A DNA stretch of 64,000 bases from contig CAVAKZ010000003.1 of the NCBI GenBank assembly GCA_963589425.1, positions 10,839 to 74,838 of the forward strand. Reading direction: 5' to 3'. The notes below the pieces were generated by a model. That model was not told where the DNA came from and did not search any database. It worked only from the letters and a program-made list of their open reading frames with translations. Shown here one piece after another: positions 45,276 through 56,422 of the stretch. Each line of letters begins with the position of its first letter. Position 1 is the stretch's first letter. A program made the position numbers and the translations under genes. This DNA is from Parabacteroides distasonis (GTDB taxonomy: Bacteria > Bacillota > Clostridia > Lachnospirales > Lachnospiraceae).

Positions 45276-45416
45276 TGCATCTTTTGGTTGACAGCTTCCA
45301 TAGGAGATAGCACTGGATGCCCCTTGACCTTCTAAGGTTTTCTGTGATACCATGACAAGTACGATGTTTGTTATGACATAGAATATTTTGTGATATTTTT
45401 AAAGGAGATCGGGAAC

Positions 45417-47324
45417 ATGAGTGATAAACCTAAGTATTATATAACCACAGCTATTGCTTATGCATCAGGCAAGCCTCATATTGGCAATACCTATGAGATT
45501 GTTTTGGCAGATGCTATTGCAAGATACAAAAGAAGTCAGGGATATGATGTTTTCTTCCAGACAGGAACTGACGAGCACGGACAGAAGATTGAGCTTAAGG
45601 CTGAGGAAGCTGGGGTAACTCCGAAGCAGTTCGTGGATGAGGCTGCCGGAGAGATTAAGATTATTTGGGATTTGATGAACACTTCTTATGACAAGTTTAT
45701 CCGTACTACAGATGAAGATCACGAGAAGCAGGTACAGAAGATTTTCAAGAAATTATATGACCAGGGAGATATTTACAAGGGAGCTTATGAAGGACTTTAC
45801 TGTACACCATGTGAGTCTTTCTGGACAGAGTCTCAGTTGGTAGACGGCAAGTGCCCTGACTGTGGACGGGAAGTAAAGCCGGCCCAGGAGGAAGCCTACT
45901 TCTTTAAGATGAGTAAGTATGCAGATCGCCTTATTGAACATATCAACACTCATCCGGAATTTATTCAGCCGGTGTCTCGTAAGAATGAGATGATGAATAA
46001 CTTCTTAATTCCGGGACTTCAGGACTTGTGCGTATCCAGAACTTCCTTTAAGTGGGGAATTCCGGTGGACTTTGATGACAAGCATGTAGTTTATGTATGG
46101 TTAGATGCCCTTACCAACTATATTACAGGAATCGGATATGACGCAGATGGCAACAGCAGTGACCAGTACAAGAAAAACTGGCCGGCAGACCTGCATTTAA
46201 TCGGTAAAGACATTATCCGCTTCCATACCATTTACTGGCCAATCTTTTTGATGGCCCTTGGAGAGCCCCTGCCAAAACAGGTATTTGGACATCCATGGCT
46301 GCTTCAAGGTGACGGTAAGATGAGTAAGTCCAAGGGAAATGTTCTCTATGCAGACGAGTTGGTAGACTTCTTTGGCGTAGATGCTGTCCGTTACTTTGTG
46401 CTTCACGAGATGCCATTTGAAAACGATGGGGTTATTTCCTGGGAGCTTATGGTAGAGCGTTTGAACTCTGACCTTGCAAACACCTTAGGAAACCTTGTAA
46501 ACAGAACCATTTCCATGACCAACAAATATTTTGGCGGAGTGGTAGAAGACAAGGGTGTTAGTGAAGAAGTAGATGCTGATTTACAGGCAGTAGTTGAGGC
46601 AACACCAAAGGCAGTAGCTGCTAAGATGGAAGATTTAAGAGTAGCAGATGCCATGACAGAGATTTTCAATCTCTTTAAGAGATGTAATAAATATATTGAT
46701 GAGACCATGCCTTGGGCTCTGGCAAAAGACCCGGAGAAGGCAGACCGCCTGGAGACTGTACTTTATAATTTGATCGAGGCCATTAAGTCCGGAGCAAGGC
46801 AGTTAGAGCCATATATGCCAGAGACATCTGAGAAGATCCTGGCCCAGCTTGGAGATGGCAAAGTAACAGAGAAACCGGAAATCCTCTTTGCAAGAATGGA
46901 TGTAGAAGAAGTTTTAAAGAAAGTAGAAGAACTTCATCCTTCTGTGGAGGAAGACGTGATGGCAGAAGATGAAGATGTCATCGATATAGAAGCAAAGCCG
47001 GAAATCAGCTTTGATGATTTCGGAAAGATGCAGTTCCAGGTAGGAGAGATCATTGCCTGCGAAGAAGTGCCAAAGTCTAAGAAATTACTTTGCTCCCAGG
47101 TGAAGATCGGAAGCCAGGTAAAGCAGATTGTTTCCGGAATCAAGAAACACTATAGCGCCGAGGAGATGGTAGGAAAGAAGGTAATGGTGTTAGTAAACCT
47201 AAAACCGGCAAAACTAGCTGGTGTGCTGTCAGAAGGAATGCTCCTTTGTGCAGAAGACGCAGAAGGAAACCTATCCCTTATGACCCCGGAAAAACCAATG
47301 CCAGCCGGAGCAGAAATCTGCTAG
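45417..47324 (+). CDS. metG: Methionine--tRNA ligase with a C-terminal tRNA-binding domain
   Basis: 'AYASGKPHIGN' (HIGH), 'KMSKSKGN' (KMSKS), Zn knuckle 'CPDCG'. SD aaaggag lies upstream of ATG 45417. Confidence 0.95.
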   Translation: MSDKPKYYITTAIAYASGKPHIGNTYEIVLADAIARYKRSQGYDVFFQTGTDEHGQKIELKAEEAGVTPKQFVDEAAGEIKIIWDLMNTSYDKFIRTTDEDHEKQVQKIFKKLYDQGDIYKGAYEGLYCTPCESFWTESQLVDGKCPDCGREVKPAQEEAYFFKMSKYADRLIEHINTHPEFIQPVSRKNEMMNNFLIPGLQDLCVSRTSFKWGIPVDFDDKHVVYVWLDALTNYITGIGYDADGNSSDQYKKNWPADLHLIGKDIIRFHTIYWPIFLMALGEPLPKQVFGHPWLLQGDGKMSKSKGNVLYADELVDFFGVDAVRYFVLHEMPFENDGVISWELMVERLNSDLANTLGNLVNRTISMTNKYFGGVVEDKGVSEEVDADLQAVVEATPKAVAAKMEDLRVADAMTEIFNLFKRCNKYIDETMPWALAKDPEKADRLETVLYNLIEAIKSGARQLEPYMPETSEKILAQLGDGKVTEKPEILFARMDVEEVLKKVEELHPSVEEDVMAEDEDVIDIEAKPEISFDDFGKMQFQVGEIIACEEVPKSKKLLCSQVKIGSQVKQIVSGIKKHYSAEEMVGKKVMVLVNLKPAKLAGVLSEGMLLCAEDAEGNLSLMTPEKPMPAGAEIC

Positions 47325-47355
47325 CTTGCAGCCTATCCGAAAAACAAGAACATAT

Positions 47356-47394
47356 GCACTCACGAGACTCTAAACTCCCGTGAGTGCGTTTTTG
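47356..47394 (+). terminator. Rho-independent terminator after metG
   Basis: gcactcacg (47356-47364) pairs with cgtgagtgc (47379-47387), followed by gtttttg. Confidence 0.7.
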
Positions 47395-47493
47395 CGTATA
47401 TATAGACCATTGCGAACCCCTAAAGAACAATCCATGAAGAATGTAAAGGGGTTCGCTAATATCTATACAAACCAAAATCGCAAGGAGGAACCT

Positions 47494-48255
47494 ATGATAT
47501 TTGACACCCACGCACATTATGATGATCCGCAATTTGATGAAGACCGGGACAGCTTGCTAAGCTCCATGGAGTCTTTGGGGGTAGCTGCCATCGTAAATGC
47601 TGCAGCAGATCCAGAAAGCTGGGATCAGATTGTGGAACTTACAGAAAAATATCCCAATGTCTACGGCATGGTGGGAGCCCATCCTGATGAGGTGGGGAAA
47701 ATGAATGACAATGAGCTTGCCCGTATGATCAGCCTGTTAGAACTTCCTAAGATGGTGGCAGTGGGAGAAATCGGTCTTGACTACCACTGGAATGTGGAAA
47801 GTGAGGACCTGCAAAAACACTGGTTTAAAAGGCAGCTAGACTTGGCCAGACAGCTAAAACTTCCTGTAAATATCCATAGCCGGGATGCCACAGAAGATAC
47901 CCTGGAAATTATGAGAGAATACCGGGACCTTTCCGGAATTATCCACTGCTTTTCTGGATCTAGAGAAATCGCGAAAGAATACGTGAAGATGGGATTTCTC
48001 ATTGGAGTTGGAGGTGTGGTGACCTTCAAAAATGGAAAGAAACTTAGAAGGGTAGTGGAGAGCACCACCTTAGAATATTTAGTGCTGGAGACAGATTGCC
48101 CATATCTTGCGCCGGAACCAAACCGTGGAAAACGTAATCGCTCGGATTACATTAGATATGTGGCAGAGACTATTGCCCATATCAAAGAAATTTCTGTGGA
48201 AGAAGTCCTTGCACAAACAGAGAAGAATGCAAGGCGGCTGTATGGCATTAAGTAG
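47494..48255 (+). CDS. tatD: TatD-family metal-dependent hydrolase
   Basis: 'MIFDTHAHYDD', 'GEIGLDY', 'VNIHSRDA' and 'LVLETDCPYL'. SD aaggagg lies upstream of ATG 47494. Confidence 0.9.
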   Translation: MIFDTHAHYDDPQFDEDRDSLLSSMESLGVAAIVNAAADPESWDQIVELTEKYPNVYGMVGAHPDEVGKMNDNELARMISLLELPKMVAVGEIGLDYHWNVESEDLQKHWFKRQLDLARQLKLPVNIHSRDATEDTLEIMREYRDLSGIIHCFSGSREIAKEYVKMGFLIGVGGVVTFKNGKKLRRVVESTTLEYLVLETDCPYLAPEPNRGKRNRSDYIRYVAETIAHIKEISVEEVLAQTEKNARRLYGIK

Positions 48256-48349
48256 TCGGGTCTGTTATAATGTTGCAAGAGTGAAAAATAAATGCATTAA
48301 AGATTCAGTAGATCAAAGATTCAGAAGATAGAAAGATGAGGAAGCTTAT

Positions 48350-49219
48350 ATGAGCCCAACCTTAGGAAATCCGCAGAATACCATAGAGATTCTGCAGAAG
48401 TATAACTTTAATTTTCAAAAGAAATTCGGACAGAATTTTCTTATAGATACCCATGTGCTGGATAAGATTATTTCCGCAGCAGAGATTAGCAAGGAAGATA
48501 TGGTTCTTGAGATTGGGCCGGGGATTGGAACTATGACCCAGTATTTGGCAGAAGCTGCGGGAAAAGTGATTGCGGTAGAGATTGACAAAAATCTGATTCC
48601 TATCTTGCAGGATACTTTAAGTGGGTATGACAATGTAAGGGTAATCAATGAAGATGTGATGAGGCTTGATATCCAAAAGCTGGTCGAGACGGAGAATGCA
48701 GGTCGTCCTATTAAGGTGGTGGCTAATCTTCCCTACTACATTACTACCCCCATTATCATGGGTCTTTTTGAGAAACATGTGCCCCTCCATAGTATTACCG
48801 TTATGGTACAAAAGGAAGTGGCAGACCGTATGCAGACAGGACCGGGAAATAAGGATTATGGAGCCCTGTCTTTGGCAGTGCAATATTATGCTAAGCCTTA
48901 TATTGTGGCAAATGTACCACCAAATTGTTTTATGCCAAGACCAAAGGTAGGGTCGGCAGTAATTCGTCTGACCTGCCATGAGAAGCCACCGGTGCAGGTT
49001 GCGGATGAAAAATTAATGTTTGATATTATTCGGGCATCTTTTAATCAGCGAAGAAAAACCTTGGCCAATGGGTTGAATAATTCTGATTTATTGGATTTTC
49101 CCAAGGAAAAGATTTTGGCAGCGATTGAGAGCCTTGGGAAGGGCTCAAGCATTAGGGGGGAGGCTTTGAGCCTTCAGGAATTTGCTGCTCTCAGTAATTT
49201 TCTCTCGGAAGGAAACTAG
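48350..49219 (+). CDS. rsmA: 16S rRNA (adenine1518/1519-N6)-dimethyltransferase
   Basis: 'KKFGQNFLID', 'VLEIGPGIGTMT' and 'VVANLPYYITTPI'. Confidence 0.93.
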   Translation: MSPTLGNPQNTIEILQKYNFNFQKKFGQNFLIDTHVLDKIISAAEISKEDMVLEIGPGIGTMTQYLAEAAGKVIAVEIDKNLIPILQDTLSGYDNVRVINEDVMRLDIQKLVETENAGRPIKVVANLPYYITTPIIMGLFEKHVPLHSITVMVQKEVADRMQTGPGNKDYGALSLAVQYYAKPYIVANVPPNCFMPRPKVGSAVIRLTCHEKPPVQVADEKLMFDIIRASFNQRRKTLANGLNNSDLLDFPKEKILAAIESLGKGSSIRGEALSLQEFAALSNFLSEGN

Positions 49220-49220
49220 G

Positions 49221-50378
49221 ATGGATGAACTAAAACAGATATTACAAGCAAAGCTCAATATAGATTTTCTTTCTGCTACCTTAAGTAATCCAAGAGAAAA
49301 AGAGGGGCCTACAAAGATTAAGGTTCGCCCCTTATTGAAGGATGATCAGCTTATTTTTCAATTGGAAAGTTTTTCGGGCAACCAGGCCTTTCACAAAAAT
49401 GCAGAAGTTAAAGAAGCGGTAGATCTAATCCTTTCTCATATGGAAAATATGAAGCAGATGCAATTGGAGACCAGACAAGAGATTTATAGTGTTCTGGTAA
49501 GCAAAAAGGGAAAGGTCACTATAAAGAAAAAAATGCAAAAGTGCCAGAAAGAGGTGGCCGATTTAAGTCATAACCGCAAGAAGAAATATGTGCTGGAGGA
49601 GGGGAGGCCAGTGCCCTTCTTAAGAGACCTTGGGGTTATGACAGAGGAGGGCAAGATTGTTCGCGCAAGATTTGATAAATTTAAGCAGATCAATCGCTTT
49701 TTGGAATTTATTGAGGATATTTTGCCTCAGTTAGACAAGGGGAGAGAACTGACCATCCTGGACTTTGGATGCGGAAAGTCCTATCTTACCTTTGCCATGT
49801 ACTATTATCTCCACGAGCTTAAGGCTTATGATATTCGGATTATTGGTTTGGACTTAAAAAAAGATGTGATTCGTCATTGTAATGAACTGGCAGAAAAATA
49901 TGGCTATGAGAAACTGAAATTCCTGGAGGGGAATATTGCGGATTATACAGGAGTTGACAAGGTGGATATGGTGGTGACCCTTCATGCCTGTGATACCGCT
50001 ACAGACTTTGCTTTGGCCAAGGCCATCGGCTGGGATGCCAAAGTTATCCTGTCTGTTCCTTGCTGCCAGCATGAGCTAAATCGTCAGATTGAAAATGAGC
50101 TTTTGGCTCCTGTTTTAAAATATGGTCTTGTTAAGGAGCGAATGGCGGCTTTGATTACCGATGCCTTGCGGGCAGAATATTTGGAGCAGGAGGGCTATGA
50201 TGCCCAGATCCTGGAATTTATTGATATGGAACATACGCCAAAAAATATTTTGATCCGGGCAGTAAAAACCGGCAAGAAAAAAGATCAGGGACAGGCTCTA
50301 AAGGCCTGCATAAGTGCCCTTCATGTGGATCCTATGTTAGGAAGGCTTTTGCAGCAAAAAGAAGGGGAGAGTATTTAA
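49221..50378 (+). CDS. Class I SAM-dependent methyltransferase-domain protein
   Basis: Motif I 'ILDFGCGKSYLTF' with downstream 'IIGLDL' and 'MVVTLHACDTATD'. The start lies 1 nt after the rsmA stop. Confidence 0.7.
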   Translation: MDELKQILQAKLNIDFLSATLSNPREKEGPTKIKVRPLLKDDQLIFQLESFSGNQAFHKNAEVKEAVDLILSHMENMKQMQLETRQEIYSVLVSKKGKVTIKKKMQKCQKEVADLSHNRKKKYVLEEGRPVPFLRDLGVMTEEGKIVRARFDKFKQINRFLEFIEDILPQLDKGRELTILDFGCGKSYLTFAMYYYLHELKAYDIRIIGLDLKKDVIRHCNELAEKYGYEKLKFLEGNIADYTGVDKVDMVVTLHACDTATDFALAKAIGWDAKVILSVPCCQHELNRQIENELLAPVLKYGLVKERMAALITDALRAEYLEQEGYDAQILEFIDMEHTPKNILIRAVKTGKKKDQGQALKACISALHVDPMLGRLLQQKEGESI

Positions 50379-50406
50379 TAAATAGTTACAGAGGTAAATT
50401 TTACAT

Positions 50407-52941
50407 ATGAAGAAACATTTGATCAATGCAGGAATTCTCCTGGCAGTCTTTTTAATAGCTGTTAACGTGTTTAGCTTGCTTACCAACAAAGGAAATGAGA
50501 GCACAACGGCAGACATGAGCGGAGCTACCCTGCCTCAGATATCCTTTTCCTATAATGGGTATAACATGAACCTTCTGCCGGGATACGTGGAGAAGATGGA
50601 AATAAACTCCATGCGGGATACCATAACGCCGGTGGCAGATGGGAAGATTTCTGCAAATATTTCTGCCTATGGAAATACCTACACTTCCCTGGAATATCAA
50701 ATCTATACCCTAGATGGCAGTGAGAAGCTGGCTGCCGGTACTATTAAGGAAGTTAAGGATACGGTGGAGATTGATCTAAAGGACAGTAAGCTTAAAAATT
50801 CTGCAAGAAAGGCCCTTGATGAGGCTGCCATGGATGAGGAAGCGAAAGACCAGGACCAGGCAGGTGTGAATTACATTTTGCAGGAAGAGAGGGCCTTGGT
50901 CCTGATCCTTACAGATGAAGATGACAAAGCTGTTTACTTTTACACTAGAATTCGAGATGTGGCAGACACAGGAATGCTAAATTGCCTGGATTATGTAAGT
51001 TCCTTCCATGACAATGCCCTGGCAGGTCAGGATCCGGATGATGAAATAAGCTCTGCCCTTGAGACTGACTCTTCGGCAGTGGATAGTTATCGCCATGTCA
51101 CGATCAATTCCGCTTACAAAACCGTGCTTTGGGGAGAGTTGAAGCCGGAGATCGTAGGTGGAATGCGGTGGAATGTAAAGGAGTTGGCAGATAATTATAC
51201 CGCCCTTCAACTGCAATATCAGGTGCGGTGTACCGGGGAGGAAAATGATACTGACCTTTATGTAGTAACAGAATTTTTCCGAGTGCGGTATGATTCCTAC
51301 ACCAAGACCAACTATCTCCTAAATTATGACCGCAGCATGTCCCAGGTATTTGATACTAGCAAACAGGTGTTAAGCACTAAGGGGATTCTTCTTGGAATTG
51401 TGCCGGTAGATACCCAGTATCAGGTCAACAAAAACGGAACCATTGTTTCTTTTGTGGTAAGTGGGGAACTTTGGAATTATAATAAATCCAGTGATGAAAT
51501 GTCCAAGGTATTTTCCTTTGCAGACACAGAAAGGGCAGATCTTCGAAACTTGAATCCCAAGTACGATATTAAGATCCTGGATGTGGACAAAAATGGAAAT
51601 ACAAGCTTCGCAGTTTATGGCTATATGAACCGTGGAGGTCATGAAGGCCAGGTGGGAGTTGCCGTTTACTATTACGATATTAGCAAGAATTCTGTTGATG
51701 AGAGGGTATTTATAAAGAGCAACAAGTCCTACGAGATTGTACAGCAGGAATTAGAAAGCCTGATTTACTATGATGAGGCCCAAAACCGTTTGTATGCTAT
51801 GGTGGATGGAAATCTCTATGACTGCAATATTACTTTGAATACAAAAGATAAGCTGGTAACAGACCTTTCAGAAAATCAGTACATGGTGTCTGATGATAGC
51901 TCCATGGTAGCTTATCAGACCAATGGGGGCTTAGATACAGCCACAGAAATGGAAGTTAGAAATCTGGCAGAAGGAACAAGTTTTAAGCTTTCCTGTCAGG
52001 AAGGAGAATGCATCAGACCTTTAGGTTTTGTGAAGACGGATGTGGTTTATGGTCTGGCAAAAGCTGCCGATACAGGAAGCACCGCTTCTGGGGAGACCGT
52101 GCTTCCTATGTACAAGATTGAGATTGCAGATGAAACGGGAACAGTAGTGAAAACCTATGAAAAACAGGGCGTCTACATTTCCGGAATCAGTATTGATGAT
52201 AATATGATCATGGTGGAGCGGCTGACCAAGGAGGGGGAAGGCTATGCTTCAGCAGCCAAGGATTATATTGCCAACAACGACCAGCAAAAGGAGAGCAATA
52301 TTACTTTAGAGACCTACCTTACGGATCTTAAGGGAACCCAGGTGAGACTTACTTACACGGAAGGTATTTCAGACCAGAATCCAAAAGTCTTGAATCCTAA
52401 ACAGGTCATGTATGAAAATACAGTGGAGCTATCATTTGATGAAAAAGCGACCGATTCAACAGATAAGTATTATGTATATGCTACAGGCGCTTTACAAAAG
52501 ATCTATAATAAAGCAGCTACAGCTATCCAGGCGGCAGACAGCCTCTATGGAGTTGTGGTAGATGAAAAGCAACAGTATATCTGGGAGCGGGGAAACAGAG
52601 ATCTTTACTGTGAACTTGATTGTAGCGAGGAAAGCATTAGCAAGTTGAAATCTGCTCTAAGTCAGGGCAAATCTGCGGTAGATGCAGTTGGAGAGGTTAA
52701 TGATGGAAAGACCTTGGACCTTAGCGGATGTTCAGTGGAAGAACTCTTATATATCATTGACCAGGGAAATCCTGTTGTGGCAATGTTAGACAGCAATACA
52801 TCTGTGCTGTTAGTGGGCTATGATGATAGTAAGGTGTATTATCTTGGACTTTCTGATGAGGAGTCAACGGAAATTACTTACGAGGAACTAGGTAGCAAGA
52901 CAGCTGCTAGCGGCCATACCTACATTGGATTCGGAAAATAA
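50407..52941 (+). CDS. 844-aa N-terminally membrane-anchored extracytoplasmic protein of unknown function
   Basis: Signal-anchor '[25 protein letters not shown]' followed by a long non-repetitive beta-rich-looking sequence. No catalytic motif recognised. Confidence 0.6.
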   Translation: MKKHLINAGILLAVFLIAVNVFSLLTNKGNESTTADMSGATLPQISFSYNGYNMNLLPGYVEKMEINSMRDTITPVADGKISANISAYGNTYTSLEYQIYTLDGSEKLAAGTIKEVKDTVEIDLKDSKLKNSARKALDEAAMDEEAKDQDQAGVNYILQEERALVLILTDEDDKAVYFYTRIRDVADTGMLNCLDYVSSFHDNALAGQDPDDEISSALETDSSAVDSYRHVTINSAYKTVLWGELKPEIVGGMRWNVKELADNYTALQLQYQVRCTGEENDTDLYVVTEFFRVRYDSYTKTNYLLNYDRSMSQVFDTSKQVLSTKGILLGIVPVDTQYQVNKNGTIVSFVVSGELWNYNKSSDEMSKVFSFADTERADLRNLNPKYDIKILDVDKNGNTSFAVYGYMNRGGHEGQVGVAVYYYDISKNSVDERVFIKSNKSYEIVQQELESLIYYDEAQNRLYAMVDGNLYDCNITLNTKDKLVTDLSENQYMVSDDSSMVAYQTNGGLDTATEMEVRNLAEGTSFKLSCQEGECIRPLGFVKTDVVYGLAKAADTGSTASGETVLPMYKIEIADETGTVVKTYEKQGVYISGISIDDNMIMVERLTKEGEGYASAAKDYIANNDQQKESNITLETYLTDLKGTQVRLTYTEGISDQNPKVLNPKQVMYENTVELSFDEKATDSTDKYYVYATGALQKIYNKAATAIQAADSLYGVVVDEKQQYIWERGNRDLYCELDCSEESISKLKSALSQGKSAVDAVGEVNDGKTLDLSGCSVEELLYIIDQGNPVVAMLDSNTSVLLVGYDDSKVYYLGLSDEESTEITYEELGSKTAASGHTYIGFGK

Positions 52942-52967
52942 AAAAGTCAGAAGGAGAAGGAACAAAC

Positions 52968-54359
52968 ATGGAACTTATTACAATTCGAGAATTATACAAA
53001 AATAGCGAGAAATATTTGGATAAGAAAATTTCTGTAGGAGGATGGGTTCGAAGCGTTAGAGATTCCAAATCCTTTGGATTTATTGTCCTCAGTGATGGAA
53101 CTTTCTTCCAGCCTCTGCAGGTGGTTTACCATGACACCATGGATAATTTTGCGGAAATTTCTAAGATGAATGTGGGAGCAGCCTTGATCGTTACCGGAAC
53201 CTTGGTGGCAACCCCTCAGGCAAAACAGCCTTTTGAAATCCAGGCAGACACCGTGGAGGTAGAGGGTAATTCTGCACCGGATTATCCTTTGCAGAAGAAA
53301 CGTCATAGCTTCGAATATTTGCGAACCATTTCCCATTTAAGACCTAGGGCAAATGCTTTCCAGGCAGTTTTCCGCGTCCGTTCCTTAACAGCCTATGCCA
53401 TTCATAAATTCTTTCAAGAGCGGGGCTTTGTCTATGTCCACACTCCCTTGATCACCGGAAGTGATTGTGAGGGAGCAGGAGAGATGTTTAGGGTTACTAC
53501 CTTAGATATGGAGAACCTTCCCAAAAAGGAGGATGCTAGTGTAGATTACAGCAAGGATTTCTTCGGAAAAGAAACCAGCCTTACGGTAAGTGGCCAACTA
53601 AATGCAGAGACCTTTGCCCAAGCCTTCCGCAATGTCTATACTTTTGGACCAACCTTCCGGGCAGAGAACTCCAATACCACCCGCCATGCGGCAGAGTTCT
53701 GGATGATCGAGCCGGAGATTGCATTTGCAGATTTAAATGATGATATGGAACTGGCAGAGGATATGCTGAAATATGTCATTAATTATGTCCTGGAAAATGC
53801 CCCGGAGGAAATGAATTTCTTTAATTCCTTTGTGGACAAGGGACTTCTTGATCGCCTTCATAACGTAGTAGATTCTGAGTTTGCAAGAGTTACTTACACA
53901 GAGGCTATTGAGATTCTGGAAAAGAACAATGACAACTTTGAATATAAGGTTTCCTGGGGTGCAGATCTTCAGACAGAGCATGAGAGATATCTGACAGAGG
54001 AAGTCTATAAAAGACCGGTATTTGTTACAGATTATCCGAAAGAGATTAAGGCCTTCTATATGAAAATGAATGAGGATAACAAGACAGTAGCGGCAGTGGA
54101 TTGTTTGGTTCCGGGAATCGGGGAGATTATCGGCGGCAGCCAGAGAGAAGATGACTACGACAAGTTGCTGGCTCGTATGAAGGAACTGGGAATGAAAGTT
54201 GAAGAATACAGCTTCTACACAGACCTTAGAAAATATGGATCCACCCGCCATGCAGGATTTGGCCTGGGATTTGAAAGGTGTATTATGTATCTTACAGGTA
54301 TGGGCAATATCAGAGATGTAATTCCCTTCCCCAGAACTGTAAATAACTGTGATCTATAA
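52968..54359 (+). CDS. asnS: Asparagine--tRNA ligase
   Basis: OB-fold N-domain plus class II motifs '[21 protein letters not shown]' and '[12 protein letters not shown]'. Length is 463 aa. Confidence 0.93.
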   Translation: MELITIRELYKNSEKYLDKKISVGGWVRSVRDSKSFGFIVLSDGTFFQPLQVVYHDTMDNFAEISKMNVGAALIVTGTLVATPQAKQPFEIQADTVEVEGNSAPDYPLQKKRHSFEYLRTISHLRPRANAFQAVFRVRSLTAYAIHKFFQERGFVYVHTPLITGSDCEGAGEMFRVTTLDMENLPKKEDASVDYSKDFFGKETSLTVSGQLNAETFAQAFRNVYTFGPTFRAENSNTTRHAAEFWMIEPEIAFADLNDDMELAEDMLKYVINYVLENAPEEMNFFNSFVDKGLLDRLHNVVDSEFARVTYTEAIEILEKNNDNFEYKVSWGADLQTEHERYLTEEVYKRPVFVTDYPKEIKAFYMKMNEDNKTVAAVDCLVPGIGEIIGGSQREDDYDKLLARMKELGMKVEEYSFYTDLRKYGSTRHAGFGLGFERCIMYLTGMGNIRDVIPFPRTVNNCDL

Positions 54360-54406
54360 TTGTAAATAGTATAAAGTATGCAGGACCTAAGTAAAGGAGG
54401 CTTGCC

Positions 54407-55096
54407 ATGAATATCTTAGTAGTAGATGATGAGAAGGAGATTGCTGACGTTGTGGAGCTTTATCTCCAAAATGACCAGTATGATGTCTATAAATTTTACA
54501 CTGGCATGGATGCTTTAAAATGCATCGAATCCACCAAGATCGATTTGGCTATTTTGGACATTATGCTTCCGGACATTGACGGCTTTCAGATTTTAAAAAA
54601 GATTCGAGAAAATTATACCTTTCCGGTACTGATGTTGACAGCTAAGACCGGGGATATGGACAAAATTAACGGATTAACCTTAGGGGCTGACGATTATATT
54701 CCAAAGCCCTTTAATCCCCTGGAGCTTGTGGCTAGAGTAAAGGCCCAGATCCGCCGCTCTACCCAGTACAACGACGGGGCAAGAGCTGACGAGACTGTTA
54801 TTGACTTTGGAGGCTTAGTATTAAATAAAAGTTCCCATGAGTGCGTTTATAATGAAGTGCCCTTAACCTTAACTCCTATTGAATTTGATATTCTGTGGCT
54901 TCTCTGTGAGAATAGGGGGAAGGTTATAAGTTCCGAGGAACTTTTTGAAAATGTATGGCATGAGAAGTACTACAAAAATAGCAACAATACGGTAATGGTG
55001 CATATCCGTCACCTTCGAGAGAAAATGAGCGGACCAACAGGAAAATCTGATTTTATAAAAACTGTGTGGGGAGTGGGATATAAAGTTGAAGAATAA
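54407..55096 (+). CDS. OmpR-family response regulator (VanR-like)
   Basis: 'ILVVDDE', 'DLAILDIMLPDIDG', 'KPFNPLELVARVK' and 'IKTVWGVGYKV'. Confidence 0.9.
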   Translation: MNILVVDDEKEIADVVELYLQNDQYDVYKFYTGMDALKCIESTKIDLAILDIMLPDIDGFQILKKIRENYTFPVLMLTAKTGDMDKINGLTLGADDYIPKPFNPLELVARVKAQIRRSTQYNDGARADETVIDFGGLVLNKSSHECVYNEVPLTLTPIEFDILWLLCENRGKVISSEELFENVWHEKYYKNSNNTVMVHIRHLREKMSGPTGKSDFIKTVWGVGYKVEE

Positions 55097-56402
55097 TTAT
55101 CGAAAACTGAAATTCAGTATTTTGGTGCAGACTGTGCTGGTCACTGCGGTGACCATGCTGGTAGGCCTTTTTTTGCTGAATTATGTCATCGACGGTATAT
55201 ATAACGATAATTTTGCGACTTTTTTTGTAAAAGTTTTAGTGTACTTTAATGTGGAGGAGCAGACGGCAGTAAACCTTTACTGGAGCCTTATTGGAGATAA
55301 TAAGTTCTTTTTTGTTATCGTAGGTTTCTTGCTGTTGTTTGCTCTTTTTTTCTATATTTCCCTGTCTAGGCTTACCACCTATTTGGACCAGATCGGAGAT
55401 GGTATTGAAAATATTGTGGCAGACTCCAATGAACCTATCCGCCTTGTTACGGAGCTAAAACCCATAGAAATTCGATTAAATGAAATTAAGGCTACCATAA
55501 AAAGGCAGGAGCTTGAAGCAGAAGAAGGGGAAAAGAAAAAAGATGATATGGTGCTGTTTTTGGCCCATGATCTAAAGACTCCCTTAACCTCTATTGTAGC
55601 CTATCTAAGTATGCTGGATGGAAATCCCGATATGCCAAAGGAGGAGCGAGAAAAATATATCCATATCGCAATGGAAAAATCTCTGCGACTAGGAGAATTA
55701 ATCCAGGAATTTTTTGATATTACCAGATATAACCTGCAGAATATTGAGTTGGAGCCTGTGGAAATTGATCTGTCTATGATGCTAGAACAACTGGCAGATG
55801 AGCTTTACGGAGTGCTTAGGGATAAAAATCTTGTATGCAAGGTTGCAGCAGAGGAAAATCTTACTGTTTACGGAGATCCGGATAAATTAGCCAGAGTCTT
55901 TGATAATATTTTAAGGAATGCTATTTCCTACTGCTATCCAAACACTGCCATTGAAATTGCTGCTATGAAAAAGCAGGGGGAGATTGAGATTGTATTTACT
56001 AACCAGGGAGATAGGATTCCGGGAGTAATGCTGCAAACTATTTTTGAAAAATTTTACCGGGTGGATGGGTCTAGATCCAGCGGTACCGGAGGAGCAGGAT
56101 TAGGTCTTGCTATTGCAAAGGAAATTGTAGAACTTCACGGAGGCCGGATCATGGCTAGAAGCGATGACCTTTGCACCAGATTTGTGGTGAATCTTCCTAT
56201 ACCGGAGGAGTCTGGAGAAGATGAGGAAGGAAAGGACGCTCAAAAGCATTCCCCTTTAAGTCATCCCTTTAAAAGAAAAGCCATAAGTTTTACGGCCCCT
56301 TGGATTAAAAGCAATAAGGAAAAATCGGGCAAGGAAAATACCCAGGAAGAAGAGGCTAAGGAGACCCAGGAAGTCCCAGAGAAACAAGGCCAAAAGAAAT
56401 AA
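55086..56402 (+). CDS. Sensor histidine kinase (VanS-like) with a Lys/Glu-rich C-terminal tail
   Basis: Two N-terminal TM segments, H-box 'LAHDLKTPLTSIVAY', N-box 'NILRNAISY', G-box 'GGAGLGLAIAKEIV'. The TTG start overlaps the regulator stop. Confidence 0.85.
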   Translation: MKNNYRKLKFSILVQTVLVTAVTMLVGLFLLNYVIDGIYNDNFATFFVKVLVYFNVEEQTAVNLYWSLIGDNKFFFVIVGFLLLFALFFYISLSRLTTYLDQIGDGIENIVADSNEPIRLVTELKPIEIRLNEIKATIKRQELEAEEGEKKKDDMVLFLAHDLKTPLTSIVAYLSMLDGNPDMPKEEREKYIHIAMEKSLRLGELIQEFFDITRYNLQNIELEPVEIDLSMMLEQLADELYGVLRDKNLVCKVAAEENLTVYGDPDKLARVFDNILRNAISYCYPNTAIEIAAMKKQGEIEIVFTNQGDRIPGVMLQTIFEKFYRVDGSRSSGTGGAGLGLAIAKEIVELHGGRIMARSDDLCTRFVVNLPIPEESGEDEEGKDAQKHSPLSHPFKRKAISFTAPWIKSNKEKSGKENTQEEEAKETQEVPEKQGQKK

Positions 56403-56422
56403 AGAATAAGCGAGTTTGGACA

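Noticed and set aside
45276-45416. T-box leaders upstream of metG (also asnS at 52942-52967 and proS at 62076-62177)
   Set aside because: The spacers are 26-140 nt, too short for a T-box. I could find no T-box 14-mer or terminator/antiterminator pair.
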